Shown here: positions 1 to 10,372 of the stretch, one piece after another | Layout of the letters: each line of letters begins with the position of its first letter | How positions within the stretch are numbered: the first letter of the stretch is position 1 | NCBI RefSeq assembly: GCF_003991155.1 | Contig: NZ_CP031294.1 | From: Escherichia coli | GTDB lineage: Bacteria > Pseudomonadota > Gammaproteobacteria > Enterobacterales > Enterobacteriaceae | Length of the DNA stretch: 64,000 nt | Reading direction: 5' to 3' (one strand) | Translations under genes and position numbers: made by a program | Notes under the pieces: model-generated | Told to the model about the DNA's origin: nothing | The model's database searches: none | What the model saw: only the letters and a program-made list of their open reading frames with translations

Positions 1-170
1 GACCACTTGTGGCCCTGTTTATTGGTGATCTGGATGTGGTAACGGTCATAGGTTTTGATATTGCGCTTCATCCATGCTTTAAACCCAGGCTTGTTGGCCT
101 CAATTAAATCCAGAGCCTGTTTTGTATTGCGCACCTTTAGATGCCAGTGGCGGCCAAAATGTTTGGCCAT
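1..170 (-). CDS. partial ORF running off window start (hypothetical, tail-module position after K)
   Basis: Open frame from ATG at 168-170 reading MAKHFGRHWHLKVRNTKQALDLIEANKPGFKAWMKRNIKTYDRYHIQITNKQGHKW with no stop before position 1; not in ORF track because truncated. Confidence 0.3.
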   Translation of the reverse strand, partial: MAKHFGRHWHLKVRNTKQALDLIEANKPGFKAWMKRNIKTYDRYHIQITNKQGHKW

Positions 171-193
171 AGGGCCGCCAAGCTGCACATGAA

Positions 194-1018
194 CTAACTC
201 AGACACGTCTCATCTCCCTTGAGCAAGTCTCTGTGACGCAAGTGATGCGTCGTATGTTTCTGATACATTCCGCCGTAATAAGCACGACAACTAAGACGGT
301 CGATCTGGTGATGAAGAATCATTCCATCGCCGATATAAACCGCGCAGTGATCTGGCATTTTCCCGTATTGAATAAAGAAGACGTCCCCACGTTGAGGCTC
401 TGTTCCAGGTGCAAGCCGTACCAATCCCTCGTTTCGGTAGTTCTGGTCGAGAATGTCGTTATCGCCGGTGTACCACGATGGAATATGCAGGTGTGCGTTC
501 GGGTTAAGCTCGACGTTAAACTCACGCTTCAAATAGTCCCGACACAACATCCAGCAATCGAATACGCCAAATACATACGGTCTACCCAGGTATGGCATTT
601 CGAAACCATCAGGTGTGATCACATTCATCTCGCTAAAATGGAAAGGGGCATCTCCCTCAACATTCTTGCGAATAGCCAGAATCATCCACGGAACTTCCGT
701 CGCTTCACAGCCTGCACGATCGGCATCAGATGCTTCTGCTGATTCATCAGTATGTGAATGCCAGATTGCGATTACGTCACCTGCATCCTCTGCCGCCATA
801 ATGTCGTCAACGTGCATTACAAAAGTGTTCTGCGGGTTCTCCGAAACATTTCGCGCTTCCATAAAGCGATATTTGTCGCCATTAGTTCTCACCAGAAAGC
901 CACACGCTTCATTAGGGTAGCGATTTATGGCGCAGAGATAGATTTGCTGCATAACATCAGAGCCAAGCTCAGGGATTGCTTTATTACCCATATCGCGTAG
1001 CTCCAATAAACCCGCCAA
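194..1018 (-). CDS. tail assembly protein, lambda gpK-like (MPN/JAMM + NlpC/P60)
   Basis: JAMM-type motif WHSHTDESAEASDAD and C-terminal Cys/His NlpC-like region; sits directly downstream of L-like gene as in lambda. Start uncertain (overlaps L ORF). Confidence 0.7.
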   Translation of the reverse strand: MAGLLELRDMGNKAIPELGSDVMQQIYLCAINRYPNEACGFLVRTNGDKYRFMEARNVSENPQNTFVMHVDDIMAAEDAGDVIAIWHSHTDESAEASDADRAGCEATEVPWMILAIRKNVEGDAPFHFSEMNVITPDGFEMPYLGRPYVFGVFDCWMLCRDYLKREFNVELNPNAHLHIPSWYTGDNDILDQNYRNEGLVRLAPGTEPQRGDVFFIQYGKMPDHCAVYIGDGMILHHQIDRLSCRAYYGGMYQKHTTHHLRHRDLLKGDETCLS

Positions 1019-1715
1019 AATGGATCACTCCGTTGGCAAAATAATTCCGACGCGCATTACAGGCGTCATAACGTTTTGTGCAGTAATCAGCACCAGACAT
1101 AGACGTCTGCTGGTTATTTTTGTCGAAATATGGACCGGTATAGCCGCATTCTGGCCCTCGGTATTTCCACGGGCAGGTGTTTTTAATGATCTGACGATAC
1201 GGCAGTTGCACCCCCATCAAATCGAACACACTGGACAATTCAAACTCGACAACCTGATGAGTTTCGAGAGTTTTCTGTTCGATAAACCACATTTCATCCG
1301 GGAAATGTTGGTTTGGATCTGCTGTTGGGTTGCCGTCTTTAAAATTAACGGCATCGAGGAAGCGAGCCAGCGTCATCTTGCGAATAATGCGGCAGCCAAC
1401 AAGATCGTCGTTCGCCTGAACTTCCGCAGAGACGGTTCCGGCAAAGTTCGATACCTGAATTTTTGGACGTGGCAACGTTCCCTGGCCAGTTTTGTCAAAG
1501 CCTGATGCTTTGATTGGCCACGGCTCGTATGTCACTCCTTGCCAGACGACCGGTTGCATCAGTTCGTTTGTTCCGGCGTGGAAGAATAACTTCCCCCCTG
1601 AAGTTGTGTTCGACATATCCAGTACGAACAACTCAATGAGTGCAGAGGGAGATAAGCTCTGAATATCAGCTTTAATTCCCATTGTTTCATCCTTGAAATA
1701 AGTAGGCGCTAACAT
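984..1715 (-). CDS. minor tail protein, lambda gpL-like
   Basis: 243 aa; C-terminal motif NTCPWKYRGPECGY...C...C...FGGF matches lambda L Fe-S cysteine cluster pattern; position M-L-K. Confidence 0.8.
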   Translation of the reverse strand: MLAPTYFKDETMGIKADIQSLSPSALIELFVLDMSNTTSGGKLFFHAGTNELMQPVVWQGVTYEPWPIKASGFDKTGQGTLPRPKIQVSNFAGTVSAEVQANDDLVGCRIIRKMTLARFLDAVNFKDGNPTADPNQHFPDEMWFIEQKTLETHQVVEFELSSVFDLMGVQLPYRQIIKNTCPWKYRGPECGYTGPYFDKNNQQTSMSGADYCTKRYDACNARRNYFANGVIHFGGFIGATRYG

Positions 1716-1764
1716 CCTGTCAGCGCCACAATGATAGTAAATTAGTACTTACTTATCCAGATAC

Positions 1765-2100
1765 TTAAGCCTCAAATACTTGTCTGAATGTAGCAGTTAA
1801 GACACAGTACCCCTGATATCGCTTGACCGTATGACTGTCACATACAACTACAATCCGTTTTCCTCTTGGATTAACCCAATAGAACGACTCAACGCCTGCT
1901 CGCTCAGTCAGGAAGTCATCGATTGCATTAATTTCGTTGTATGATCTGGTAAAGGTTAACGACCATTCTTCTTTAATACGATTAAGACCTTGAGCCTGTC
2001 GCTGCTCGTAGTCATCACCAAAATTAAGTACCGTTACATTCGGTTTTACGCTTTTTTCAGATTCGTAATCTGGATACCAATTAAACGTTTGTCTTTCCAT
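1765..2100 (-). CDS. minor tail protein, lambda gpM-like
   Basis: 111 aa, FGDDYEQR...GLN pattern as in lambda M; immediately downstream of tape measure gene. Confidence 0.7.
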   Translation of the reverse strand: MERQTFNWYPDYESEKSVKPNVTVLNFGDDYEQRQAQGLNRIKEEWSLTFTRSYNEINAIDDFLTERAGVESFYWVNPRGKRIVVVCDSHTVKRYQGYCVLTATFRQVFEA

Positions 2101-2142
2101 CTCACATCCTTGTGAGACTGCCCCGGTCGGGGCAGTCGATAG

Positions 2143-5100
2143 TTAGTTACGTTGAGTGTTTGGGTTGAGTGATCCGCCAGGGCGTTTCTCTTGAGCGATA
2201 GTCTCAAGCGCGATTGCTTTCATCCGTTGAGCGGCATTGTTCCATATGCTTTCTGTATCGCCGGATTCAGTTGTGCTACCGTCACTATGGACGTTGATCT
2301 CAATTGATACAGGAGAAAGAACATTTCCTCCTCCACTCATACCATCGGTACTGAGCGTTACAGGGATTGTTCGACCATCAGGCAATGGAACATACGCCTC
2401 ATTCATATCGCCTTCCCCAAACAACGCCAATTGAGGTGAGTTGGCGATACCGCCTTTCTGGTATGCCCGGAGCGGGATCACGCCGTCTTTTCCGAATATG
2501 CCACCATTTGCAAACTTCGGAATTGCAGGAATACCATTCGTGCCATCGGCAGCAGAACTGGTCAGATTGTTGAACCCGGAAGTTGAGCCAGAAGAACCGG
2601 ACATCAATCCATCGAATCCACCACCAGCCCATACTGAAACCAAACCAGATGCAACTGTCGCGCCGAAATTCAACCACTTATTACCAGAGCCGGAAGCATT
2701 AGCTCCAAGCATTGCAAACGCGGCAGACAGAGCGCCGGTAACAGAGCTGAGGTTCTGCATCGAGAAGATGGAGTCCTTCACTGCTTTTGTCTCAGCATCT
2801 TTGGCTTCGGTGCTATTAAATAGCCCTGATACCCAGCTACCAATCGCATTTGTTGCTGTGCCAATTGCGCTGGTGGTCTGCTGTGTCGTTTGCCCCAATC
2901 CAGTTACCGAACTGGACGTCTCCTTCGTGGCTTCTCCTACCGACTTGTCGCCATTAACAGTGTTGCTTATGCGCACACCTTGATTGGCAACTGCGGAAGC
3001 AACCCCGGTGAGCAAATTACCACTCTGTGAACTACCAGCTGCGGTGGTTCCCATCCCCAACATGTTCATTAGAGGCAGCGTGATCTGCGACTTCACGACC
3101 ATATTGGTGATATCTTTCAAAATGGACTGAGATAGGCTGGAGAAGCTCATCTTCCCGTTAATAACGAAATCAGTCAGGACATCAGTTAAGCCACTAAACA
3201 AATCAGTCCAGGTGCTTTCGATCTGCTCTGCCAGATTTTCGTATTCCAGTGCCAACTTCTGCGTCGCAGTCCCCGTCTCTTTAATAAGCGCGGTATTGCC
3301 AGCAGCAATCAGTTGATTGATTTTCTTTGTATAAAGCGCCACAACTTTAGGATCAGACGCCTTATCACGAAGTTCTATCAACGCTTTGAGATTGCGGTTG
3401 TAGGTGTCTTCGAAATCAGCAACTTTCTCTTCGCGAGACGGCGTATAGCCAGCACTAATAATGGAATCCGCCTCCGGTGCCCAAGTGGAGATCATCTGCT
3501 CAACATTGCGGCGATTAAACATCTCACGATATTCAGGTGTCGCATTTTTGAGGTCTTCAAGACGTTTTTTCGCCTTGTCGATCATCTCTTGAGTGATGAA
3601 CTCGTTAGGAACCGCATTAGCCAAATCTGTCAGCGATTTCGTTGTATCGCGAAGAGACTGATCAAACGATACCGTAGCCTTAGAGCTTTCACCCATTTGC
3701 CCCATAAGCTGATCGGCTTTGTCCAGAGCCTTCTGGTATCCGGCTGCCAGTTTCTGTTGCGCTGCCTGTTCCTTCTTGGCCGCACGCTGCGAGGCGTTAG
3801 CTGATCGTTGGGCTGCTTTCTCGGCAGCTGCTGCATCCTGTTCACGAGCTTTAGTAAGTGCGGCAATGGCTGCGGCACGCTCTTCATCGCTCATTTTCTC
3901 CAGAGAGCTGGCACTGGATGCTTTCTGCAAATTAAGCTGCGTCTTGAGTTGTTTAGGCCCAATAATCGGCTTACCTTCGAAGTCCATCATCGGAGTGCCG
4001 TCAGGCAAAGTACGCTGATAAGTCGCAGAATCCATCTGGTTTCGCATATATTGCGCCAACGCCTTCTGAGCAGCTTTATCAGTTGTACCTAACCCAAGAA
4101 CAGTCCCCTGGTTTGACATTACGCCCTTACCAGTTTTGGCCGCGTTATCTCTCTCGAACTCTGCCTGAGTAAGTTCCTGAGCAACGGCTTCCAAATGCTC
4201 CTGATAACCACGAATACTGCCTTGCAGTTTCTGGATTTGCTCGGTATTGCCATCCTTTTTGGCTTTTTCAAGCTGATCATTAAGAGTCGCGATTTGCTTC
4301 TCGGTCGCATTCTTACGAGAAGAAAGTGAATCAACCAGTTTTTGCGCAGGCTCCAGATAGCTTTTGTTTACCGTTTCACGTAACGGTGCCAATAGCTTGT
4401 TCTTTTCGTCATCTGAAAGTGAACCGTCATCATTGATTTTCTGGATCTTATCCAGAGCCTCCTGCCGGGCTTTCACGAATGTTGCCGCGAAAATCTGGTT
4501 TTCCGCTCGAATTTTCTCAATCTGAGATTCGGCAGCCTCTTTAGCCAAACGCTTTGCTACAGCGCCGTCACCAAGAGCTATCGTGCCGGTTATCTTTTGA
4601 TACTCTTCCTGATTTTTTTTCAGGCGTGCTTCGATGTCAGCCTTCGACTCTTTGTGAGTAATAACACCGGCAGAGTTAGATACGTAATTAACACCCTCAC
4701 CAGTTTTTAATGCTCGTTGATCAGCAAGAATCTGCTTTTCGAGCTTTTCTGCGCGGTCGGCCATTTGTGCACGTTTGGCCGCCGTCATCGCCTCTGGTAT
4801 TTTCCTAATCTCGTCAACGACCTTTGAAGTTTCGCTGCGGAGCATGGTCATGTACGTGATTAGGCCAGCAACAGCTACAGTGGCAACTGTAAATGCTGCC
4901 CCTATAGGGTTTGCTGCAATGAACGCCGTTAATCCAGCAAAAGCGCCTTTAAGCCCCGTAATCGCCCCACGGATGGCGAAAATAAGAGAGGGGATCGGAG
5001 CCAGCCCCATACGTGCCGCACGATTGAATCGGGTTACTGCTGTAGCGCCGAGGTTAAATGGAGTCTGTATGGCGGTCGCCATCGTGGCAAAGGTGCTAAC

Positions 5101-6735
5101 CATCTGGCTGCCTGCGCCAACTACCCCCATGATCCCTGCTCGCATCAGTTTGAACGCAACCATCGCGGCCACGACCTTACCGAGATTAATTACCAGCTCT
5201 TGGTTCTTTGCTAACCATTGAGCAAGCTGACGCAACCCATCGATTGCCGTCGTTAACCCCGAGCCTAAAGAATTGGCAAACGAAATCCCTTCGGCGCTAT
5301 TCATGATTGAAGCCAGTTCTTTCATCCCCTTCGATAGAGAATCCAGATATCCGGCCTGACCAACCCGATCAGCAAATAACGTGAATGACGTCTGAAGTTG
5401 CGCCAGCGCACCTGTGTAGGTTTGCATCATGTCTTTCGCTGCGTTCTCATTCTCCGCACGCAGACCAACAAACATCAGAGACAACGCCTGTTTTGCCTCA
5501 ACCGTACCGCTGGCAACGGCTTTAGTCAGTTCCCCCATAGTGATGCCTGCGGCGTCTGCCATTGCCTGCATCGCGTTAGGAACGGCTTCACCTAATTGCT
5601 GACGTAGCTCTTCCATTGACACAACGCCCTTACCGGACATCTGCTGAACGGCCACAGCCGCACGTTTCAACAGCTCACTATCACCACCAAAACGAGCAAC
5701 GGAGTCCACCAGCGCCTTCAGAGAACCATCGGTTGGATCTAAGCCAGCAGAACGAAACTTCACGAAGGAATCTGTTAACGCCTGCATCGCGAACGGCGCA
5801 TTTTGCGCCATGTCTACGATGTACTTCATATCATCAGCGGCAGCCTGGCCCGGGTTGGACTTCTCCTTATTCAACCCTCGAAGCATCACCCGCATACGTT
5901 CCATTTCGGCCGCAGCTTCAACAATAGGCTTCTGCCACCCAAACATGATGTCAGTAACCGTTCTGGCTGCATCTCCGATCTCGCCAAGCAGGAAAATGTT
6001 GCCACGAAGGCCAGAGAACATACCTCCTTCGTTACTTTTACCGCTATGGCCAGAAGCGCCGCTACGCCGCCCGCTACCACCATCGCCACTTCCAGATGTA
6101 CGAACGCGTACCGGCTTGCTAATCAGTTGCTGACGTCCGATAACTTCGTCCATCTGCTCACGAACCTTTTTCAGTCCCTCGGCAGCCTGACTCGTTGTGA
6201 CACCCCAATTACTGAGTCGCTTCGTCGTGGTATTAAGGCGCGTATTCATGCCACTCACGGACGCAGAGGCTTCTTTGGCCTCCGTACCAAAGCGGCTTGC
6301 GCTTTTGCTTGCATAGGTCGCCCAATCAGAGAAATCATTTAGCTCTGATTGCACTTTACGTAATGACGCGGTGAGTTTATCTACTGAAGAAGTTGTCGTA
6401 TCGACGCGCTCAATCAGGGCTTTAAGACCAGAATTGAGGCTGGTGATGTTGCCACGCATTTTACGCGTAGCATCTGAAGCAAGCTCAAAACCGGCAGCTA
6501 CATCCTGTAGTTTATCTGCCGTAGAATCGAGCTTGCTTTCCAGAACGCCAATGATACGGGCGACCGAACCCAAAGAGCGTTCAAAGGTTTGGATTTTTTG
6601 AGCAGGCTTTGTTACCTGCTCACCAAATCGAGTAAGCAGTTTCCCCGCACGATCGATTGACGCTGTAAACTGTTTGTCTTCCAGCGACAGGATAAACTCT
6701 ACGTTTTGTGACATTCCCTTGTCATCCTCTGCCAA
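2143..6735 (-). CDS. tail tape measure protein
   Basis: 1530-aa ORF, long alpha-helical/coiled-coil Ala/Gln-rich regions, hydrophobic segments, located between G/GT chaperone and M/L/K genes. Confidence 0.85.
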   Translation of the reverse strand: MAEDDKGMSQNVEFILSLEDKQFTASIDRAGKLLTRFGEQVTKPAQKIQTFERSLGSVARIIGVLESKLDSTADKLQDVAAGFELASDATRKMRGNITSLNSGLKALIERVDTTTSSVDKLTASLRKVQSELNDFSDWATYASKSASRFGTEAKEASASVSGMNTRLNTTTKRLSNWGVTTSQAAEGLKKVREQMDEVIGRQQLISKPVRVRTSGSGDGGSGRRSGASGHSGKSNEGGMFSGLRGNIFLLGEIGDAARTVTDIMFGWQKPIVEAAAEMERMRVMLRGLNKEKSNPGQAAADDMKYIVDMAQNAPFAMQALTDSFVKFRSAGLDPTDGSLKALVDSVARFGGDSELLKRAAVAVQQMSGKGVVSMEELRQQLGEAVPNAMQAMADAAGITMGELTKAVASGTVEAKQALSLMFVGLRAENENAAKDMMQTYTGALAQLQTSFTLFADRVGQAGYLDSLSKGMKELASIMNSAEGISFANSLGSGLTTAIDGLRQLAQWLAKNQELVINLGKVVAAMVAFKLMRAGIMGVVGAGSQMVSTFATMATAIQTPFNLGATAVTRFNRAARMGLAPIPSLIFAIRGAITGLKGAFAGLTAFIAANPIGAAFTVATVAVAGLITYMTMLRSETSKVVDEIRKIPEAMTAAKRAQMADRAEKLEKQILADQRALKTGEGVNYVSNSAGVITHKESKADIEARLKKNQEEYQKITGTIALGDGAVAKRLAKEAAESQIEKIRAENQIFAATFVKARQEALDKIQKINDDGSLSDDEKNKLLAPLRETVNKSYLEPAQKLVDSLSSRKNATEKQIATLNDQLEKAKKDGNTEQIQKLQGSIRGYQEHLEAVAQELTQAEFERDNAAKTGKGVMSNQGTVLGLGTTDKAAQKALAQYMRNQMDSATYQRTLPDGTPMMDFEGKPIIGPKQLKTQLNLQKASSASSLEKMSDEERAAAIAALTKAREQDAAAAEKAAQRSANASQRAAKKEQAAQQKLAAGYQKALDKADQLMGQMGESSKATVSFDQSLRDTTKSLTDLANAVPNEFITQEMIDKAKKRLEDLKNATPEYREMFNRRNVEQMISTWAPEADSIISAGYTPSREEKVADFEDTYNRNLKALIELRDKASDPKVVALYTKKINQLIAAGNTALIKETGTATQKLALEYENLAEQIESTWTDLFSGLTDVLTDFVINGKMSFSSLSQSILKDITNMVVKSQITLPLMNMLGMGTTAAGSSQSGNLLTGVASAVANQGVRISNTVNGDKSVGEATKETSSSVTGLGQTTQQTTSAIGTATNAIGSWVSGLFNSTEAKDAETKAVKDSIFSMQNLSSVTGALSAAFAMLGANASGSGNKWLNFGATVASGLVSVWAGGGFDGLMSGSSGSTSGFNNLTSSAADGTNGIPAIPKFANGGIFGKDGVIPLRAYQKGGIANSPQLALFGEGDMNEAYVPLPDGRTIPVTLSTDGMSGGGNVLSPVSIEINVHSDGSTTESGDTESIWNNAAQRMKAIALETIAQEKRPGGSLNPNTQRN

Positions 6736-7108
6736 ATATTTGCATCAGTTGCTCTTTGGCGTCAGGGTCTGCCTTATCCTGGCTTGGATCGTAGACTTTA
6801 TCTGTTACGACTGGTCTTCCAATCCTGAGTTGCAAACCCTCCATGAACGCCTTCACAGCCTCGCCATCCGCCTGGGACGCACGAGCGACTTGTAAGTTGC
6901 GGACATCCTCTTCCGCACGCAGACGGTCTATATTGCGACTGAGCATCCAGAACATCGTGAGAGGAACGTTCAGTAGCTCTAATGGCGACACGGCGTAGTG
7001 AGCAACTACACGACTGAAATAGAATCCGAGATCTATTGAGACGGTCCTTGTCCCGGATTCATCGCGGGAAATTACTTTGCCCCTTCGCCAGCCGCTTTTT
7101 CGTTTTCT
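6722..7108 (-). CDS. tail assembly chaperone T-frame extension (putative -1 frameshift product GT)
   Basis: Frame is -1 relative to G ORF, open from 7108 down to stop at 6722, overlaps G 3' end and tape measure start; canonical arrangement upstream of tape measure. Confidence 0.5.
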   Translation of the reverse strand, partial: RKRKSGWRRGKVISRDESGTRTVSIDLGFYFSRVVAHYAVSPLELLNVPLTMFWMLSRNIDRLRAEEDVRNLQVARASQADGEAVKAFMEGLQLRIGRPVVTDKVYDPSQDKADPDAKEQLMQIFGRG

Positions 7109-7389
7109 TCATCAATCACTTCCATAGCGAAGGTGAAGATCTGCTGGAGTTGCGGAACAGTCAGTTTTTCAAGAACTTCGTCAGGTACTGAAGGGATAAC
7201 CTTACGAACCAGATCTGCATAAGCTGTCACTTGCTCAACAGGAGACATGTTCATGAGATCTTTGCCTTCCATCTGCTTGATGGAAACGAACAGACCTACC
7301 GTCATTTCAACGATGGGATATTCCTGACCGCCAAATTTGATGCTTTTCTTCGGAGGCAGAATGGAATCGAGATCGAGTAATTTGGTCAT
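7072..7389 (-). CDS. tail assembly chaperone (gpG-like)
   Basis: 105-aa acidic protein between major tail protein and tape measure genes; overlapped by -1 frame ORF. Confidence 0.6.
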   Translation of the reverse strand: MTKLLDLDSILPPKKSIKFGGQEYPIVEMTVGLFVSIKQMEGKDLMNMSPVEQVTAYADLVRKVIPSVPDEVLEKLTVPQLQQIFTFAMEVIDEENEKAAGEGAK

Positions 7390-7444
7390 TGGTTAAAATC
7401 CTTTTAAAAGAGAGGCCCATCCTGAGCCTCTGCTTAATTACTGA

Positions 7445-8191
7445 TTAATCTGCGGGGTTAATCGTTACTGACTTAGTTGCCTTCTTACCACCGCTATTGC
7501 TGGTGAAGGAGATATTTGTAGAACCCTGCGCCACACCACGTACCAGACCCGTTTGATCTACCGTGGCCTTTTCCTGGTCTTCGGATTCCCAAACACCGGT
7601 TTTGTCTGCGGCATCAGCTGGAGTGATTTCGGCTGTCAGTTGCACAGTTTCTCCAGCTTTTACGGTTGGAGATTCCGGTGAGATCGACACAGTTTTTACC
7701 GGTTTAGGACCGCTCATTTTGCCCAGAACGCCTTCATCATCCGGGTATGCGCTGAACTGAACAGAGAACACACGAACATCATCAGACTGGTAGGTCATAG
7801 TGAAGTTGCCCGCGGTTGCCGCTTTCGGGATGGTCAACACATAGTCGGTGGTGTCCTGCGGAGTCAGAACCAGCTCCTTCGCCACATCAATCAGGTTAAC
7901 GCCCTGTGCAGATGTGATCGTGACAGAGTTGTCATCTTCGCTCAGAGTAGAACCAGGCATCAGGTCAACCATGTTTTGGAGTACAGACTCAGCCAGAGGC
8001 GCGGTGATGGTAATGTTGCGCCCCTGAACTAATTCGGAAATTACGGTCTGCCCCAACTGATCGACGGTGACTTTCAGCGTTTCAGTGGCTACTTCAACCT
8101 GAACACCACCTTTGGTGTAACCCAAATCCACACCACCAAACGACACCTTACAGGCACCAAGTTTGATGTTTTTTACATGGGTATTAGACAT
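7445..8191 (-). CDS. major tail protein with C-terminal Ig-like (Big_2) domain
   Basis: C-terminal segment ...VKAGETVQLTAEITPADAADKTGVWESEDQEKATVDQTGLVRGVAQGSTNISFTS is a Big_2-type Ig fold as in lambda gpV; start set at ATG 8189-8191 which has AAGGAG RBS (ORF track start 8227 lacks RBS). Confidence 0.7.
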   Translation of the reverse strand: MSNTHVKNIKLGACKVSFGGVDLGYTKGGVQVEVATETLKVTVDQLGQTVISELVQGRNITITAPLAESVLQNMVDLMPGSTLSEDDNSVTITSAQGVNLIDVAKELVLTPQDTTDYVLTIPKAATAGNFTMTYQSDDVRVFSVQFSAYPDDEGVLGKMSGPKPVKTVSISPESPTVKAGETVQLTAEITPADAADKTGVWESEDQEKATVDQTGLVRGVAQGSTNISFTSNSGGKKATKSVTINPAD

Positions 8192-8265
8192 TGATGGAAA
8201 ACTCCTTTTTCCGTTAATTCTACGCATTCATTGCGCTAATAGTAAGTATATACTTACTAATTGAG

Positions 8266-8649
8266 TTAATTCAATAAATAGCCAGCAAATTCAACAGGAA
8301 TGCCTGCTTCTATTAATGCCCCATCATTTTTGGGATAAATGATTGGCATCGCCATCGGTCGTACAAGTCGAAAATAAACACCACCAGATTCCGTTTCCTC
8401 TACTGGAAACATCTCAATGATTTTATGGGCTTTCTCAACCGTCGTAGTAATTGACGAACCACGCACAATGATTGTGAATGATTCGTGATAAAAGCCCTGT
8501 AGCTCATGATCGATGCTGATGCCGGTATTTGGGTTAATAAGCAGGACGCCAGATTTCACATTGGCAGGCAAGTAGTGACAGAAAATGTCAGTCCCGACCG
8601 TGCCAATCTTTGCCTTCTGCATCAAACTTGCAAACGCTTCAATAAACAC
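8266..8649 (-). CDS. hypothetical head-tail/tail completion protein
   Basis: Position between head-tail genes and major tail gene; start placed at GTG 8647-8649 preceded by GAGAGG, avoiding overlap with upstream ORF. Confidence 0.4.
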   Translation of the reverse strand: MFIEAFASLMQKAKIGTVGTDIFCHYLPANVKSGVLLINPNTGISIDHELQGFYHESFTIIVRGSSITTTVEKAHKIIEMFPVEETESGGVYFRLVRPMAMPIIYPKNDGALIEAGIPVEFAGYLLN

Positions 8650-8650
8650 A

Positions 8651-9124
8651 TTAACCTCTCGTAAATCCGGCTTTTCTGGCAGCCTCAAGAATCGCTTCTG
8701 AGAACTGCTTCTCGCTAATTTCCACCGCTCTTTCCAGAAAGTGTGGCCCAACACGGGGTTTAACACCGGCAATTGGTGGGTTTGTCACGTTCTTCATTCG
8801 AGAAAGATAACCGAGTCGGTATTTACCCAGCTCCATGTACTTAGCATAGTCACCTACTTCTACGCCCGGATGCCCCTGACGTGGTTTTGCTCCAGACACA
8901 GAAAGCTCAATACGCAGCCCTGAATAACCTTCTTTAATCACCCTGGCAAAGATGGCTGTCTCCAGAGATCCGGTTTCCAGCGGGGCCATTGCACGGCTGA
9001 GACGCTCAACCAAACGCGCCAGCTTTTCCATGTCCCGGATAAGATATCGCTTAAATGCTTTCTGGCTGTTGTTGAGTCGATTCCCCGCACGTTTGAACTG
9101 ATGCGCATCGTATTTCAGACCCAT
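8651..9124 (-). CDS. hypothetical head-tail joining protein
   Basis: 157-aa ORF in structural operon, translationally coupled to neighbours. Confidence 0.4.
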   Translation of the reverse strand: MGLKYDAHQFKRAGNRLNNSQKAFKRYLIRDMEKLARLVERLSRAMAPLETGSLETAIFARVIKEGYSGLRIELSVSGAKPRQGHPGVEVGDYAKYMELGKYRLGYLSRMKNVTNPPIAGVKPRVGPHFLERAVEISEKQFSEAILEAARKAGFTRG

Positions 9125-9555
9125 ATATTCGCCCCTACTTCAAGATGCCCAGGTCTTCCTCGTAGCCCCCAGCGGCGATGAACACTGGACACCTTTAATT
9201 TTTGACCTTCAAGGATCAGCACATCATCAAGTTGTACAGCCGCTTCTAAAGGGACAACTAACACAGCATCAAACAGCTCCAGACTCGCCTTACCACGACT
9301 ACCAGAGCTATCAGCACGAACTGACGATTTCTCATTACTCTGTTCGAACTTAACCACGCCGACATTCGTCTTCCTGACGAATTGTAATTGCGCCTCGCCG
9401 TAAACGTTCTTTGCGCCAAAGCGGTAGATCGCAATTTCTGTTTGCCACGAAATATTCATGCTCTCTCTCTGTTGTTGTCGGTCGCTCTCATTACTGGCCA
9501 AAAACCCTTTCGACCAAAAGTAAATAATGCGACTGGCGTTACGCACGGCGAACAA
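9115..9555 (-). CDS. hypothetical head-tail joining protein
   Basis: 146-aa ORF, 10-bp overlap with downstream gene; structural operon context. Confidence 0.4.
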   Translation of the reverse strand: MFAVRNASRIIYFWSKGFLASNESDRQQQRESMNISWQTEIAIYRFGAKNVYGEAQLQFVRKTNVGVVKFEQSNEKSSVRADSSGSRGKASLELFDAVLVVPLEAAVQLDDVLILEGQKLKVSSVHRRWGLRGRPGHLEVGANIWV

Positions 9556-10372
9556 TCATACGGTTGTTGATGTAACTGACCAGCAAGCGCCAGGTACTGC
9601 GAGCCACATGAACGTTTGCAGCTTTACCGGTACGGTACATGTTGGTTGTTTCACCGATTGACTCTGACAAAATGCCATCCTCTCGTGCTGCGGCAACATC
9701 ATTGCCATTTGCGATCTCACACGCTTCGTTGACAACGGCAAGCATCAACGCTTCTTTGAAGTAGTCAGGGAACTCTTCAAACTTCTCCTGCGTCATCTTT
9801 TCCCAATCGACTAAATCATGCCGGTACGCTCCATCTGCTCCCCACGGAATGTCATACACATTCAGCATATTTTGAGGGCGATCGTATCGGTCAAAGTCGA
9901 TACGTAGAATTTTGCGGATTGAGAACGGTAAAGTTTTAATTCGTCTGGTAGCCTCAATGAGACGCTTGCGCATTAAGCCTTCACCATCCGACAGCAAAGT
10001 GTCCCCATTCAGCATATCGATCGCCTGCATTTGAGCATCAGCGACAGTTGCAAACGACTGTTCTGGTATCGACAGTTCAAAACTATTCAGCAGAACATAC
10101 ATTTGCCGCTCTTCATGCGTCAGACCCGATGCAACAGCCTTCACAATGACGTACCGCAGATCGCGTTCTTTCTCAGAGAGCTGGTTATATTCAGCCGACA
10201 CGACAACCGGAATCGACATTTGACCGCTGGTAATTTCTAGCGGCTCGCCATCAACGAGAATAGCCCCGGTGCTGTCCTTTACTGTGTAGGTAGCAGATTC
10301 GATATCCAGCACGTTGAAGGCAAATGAAAGGGAAACAGCTTCACCGCTACGATACGAGTCGATCTGCGCCAT
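9539..10372 (-). CDS. hypothetical structural protein
   Basis: 277-aa ORF between decoration-like gene and head-tail genes. Confidence 0.4.
   Translation of the reverse strand: MAQIDSYRSGEAVSLSFAFNVLDIESATYTVKDSTGAILVDGEPLEITSGQMSIPVVVSAEYNQLSEKERDLRYVIVKAVASGLTHEERQMYVLLNSFELSIPEQSFATVADAQMQAIDMLNGDTLLSDGEGLMRKRLIEATRRIKTLPFSIRKILRIDFDRYDRPQNMLNVYDIPWGADGAYRHDLVDWEKMTQEKFEEFPDYFKEALMLAVVNEACEIANGNDVAAAREDGILSESIGETTNMYRTGKAANVHVARSTWRLLVSYINNRMIVRRA

Noticed and set aside
2237-6342. Numerous ORFs antisense to or out of frame within the tape measure gene
   Set aside because: Fully nested within a long, well-supported ORF and low-complexity; typical spurious frames.
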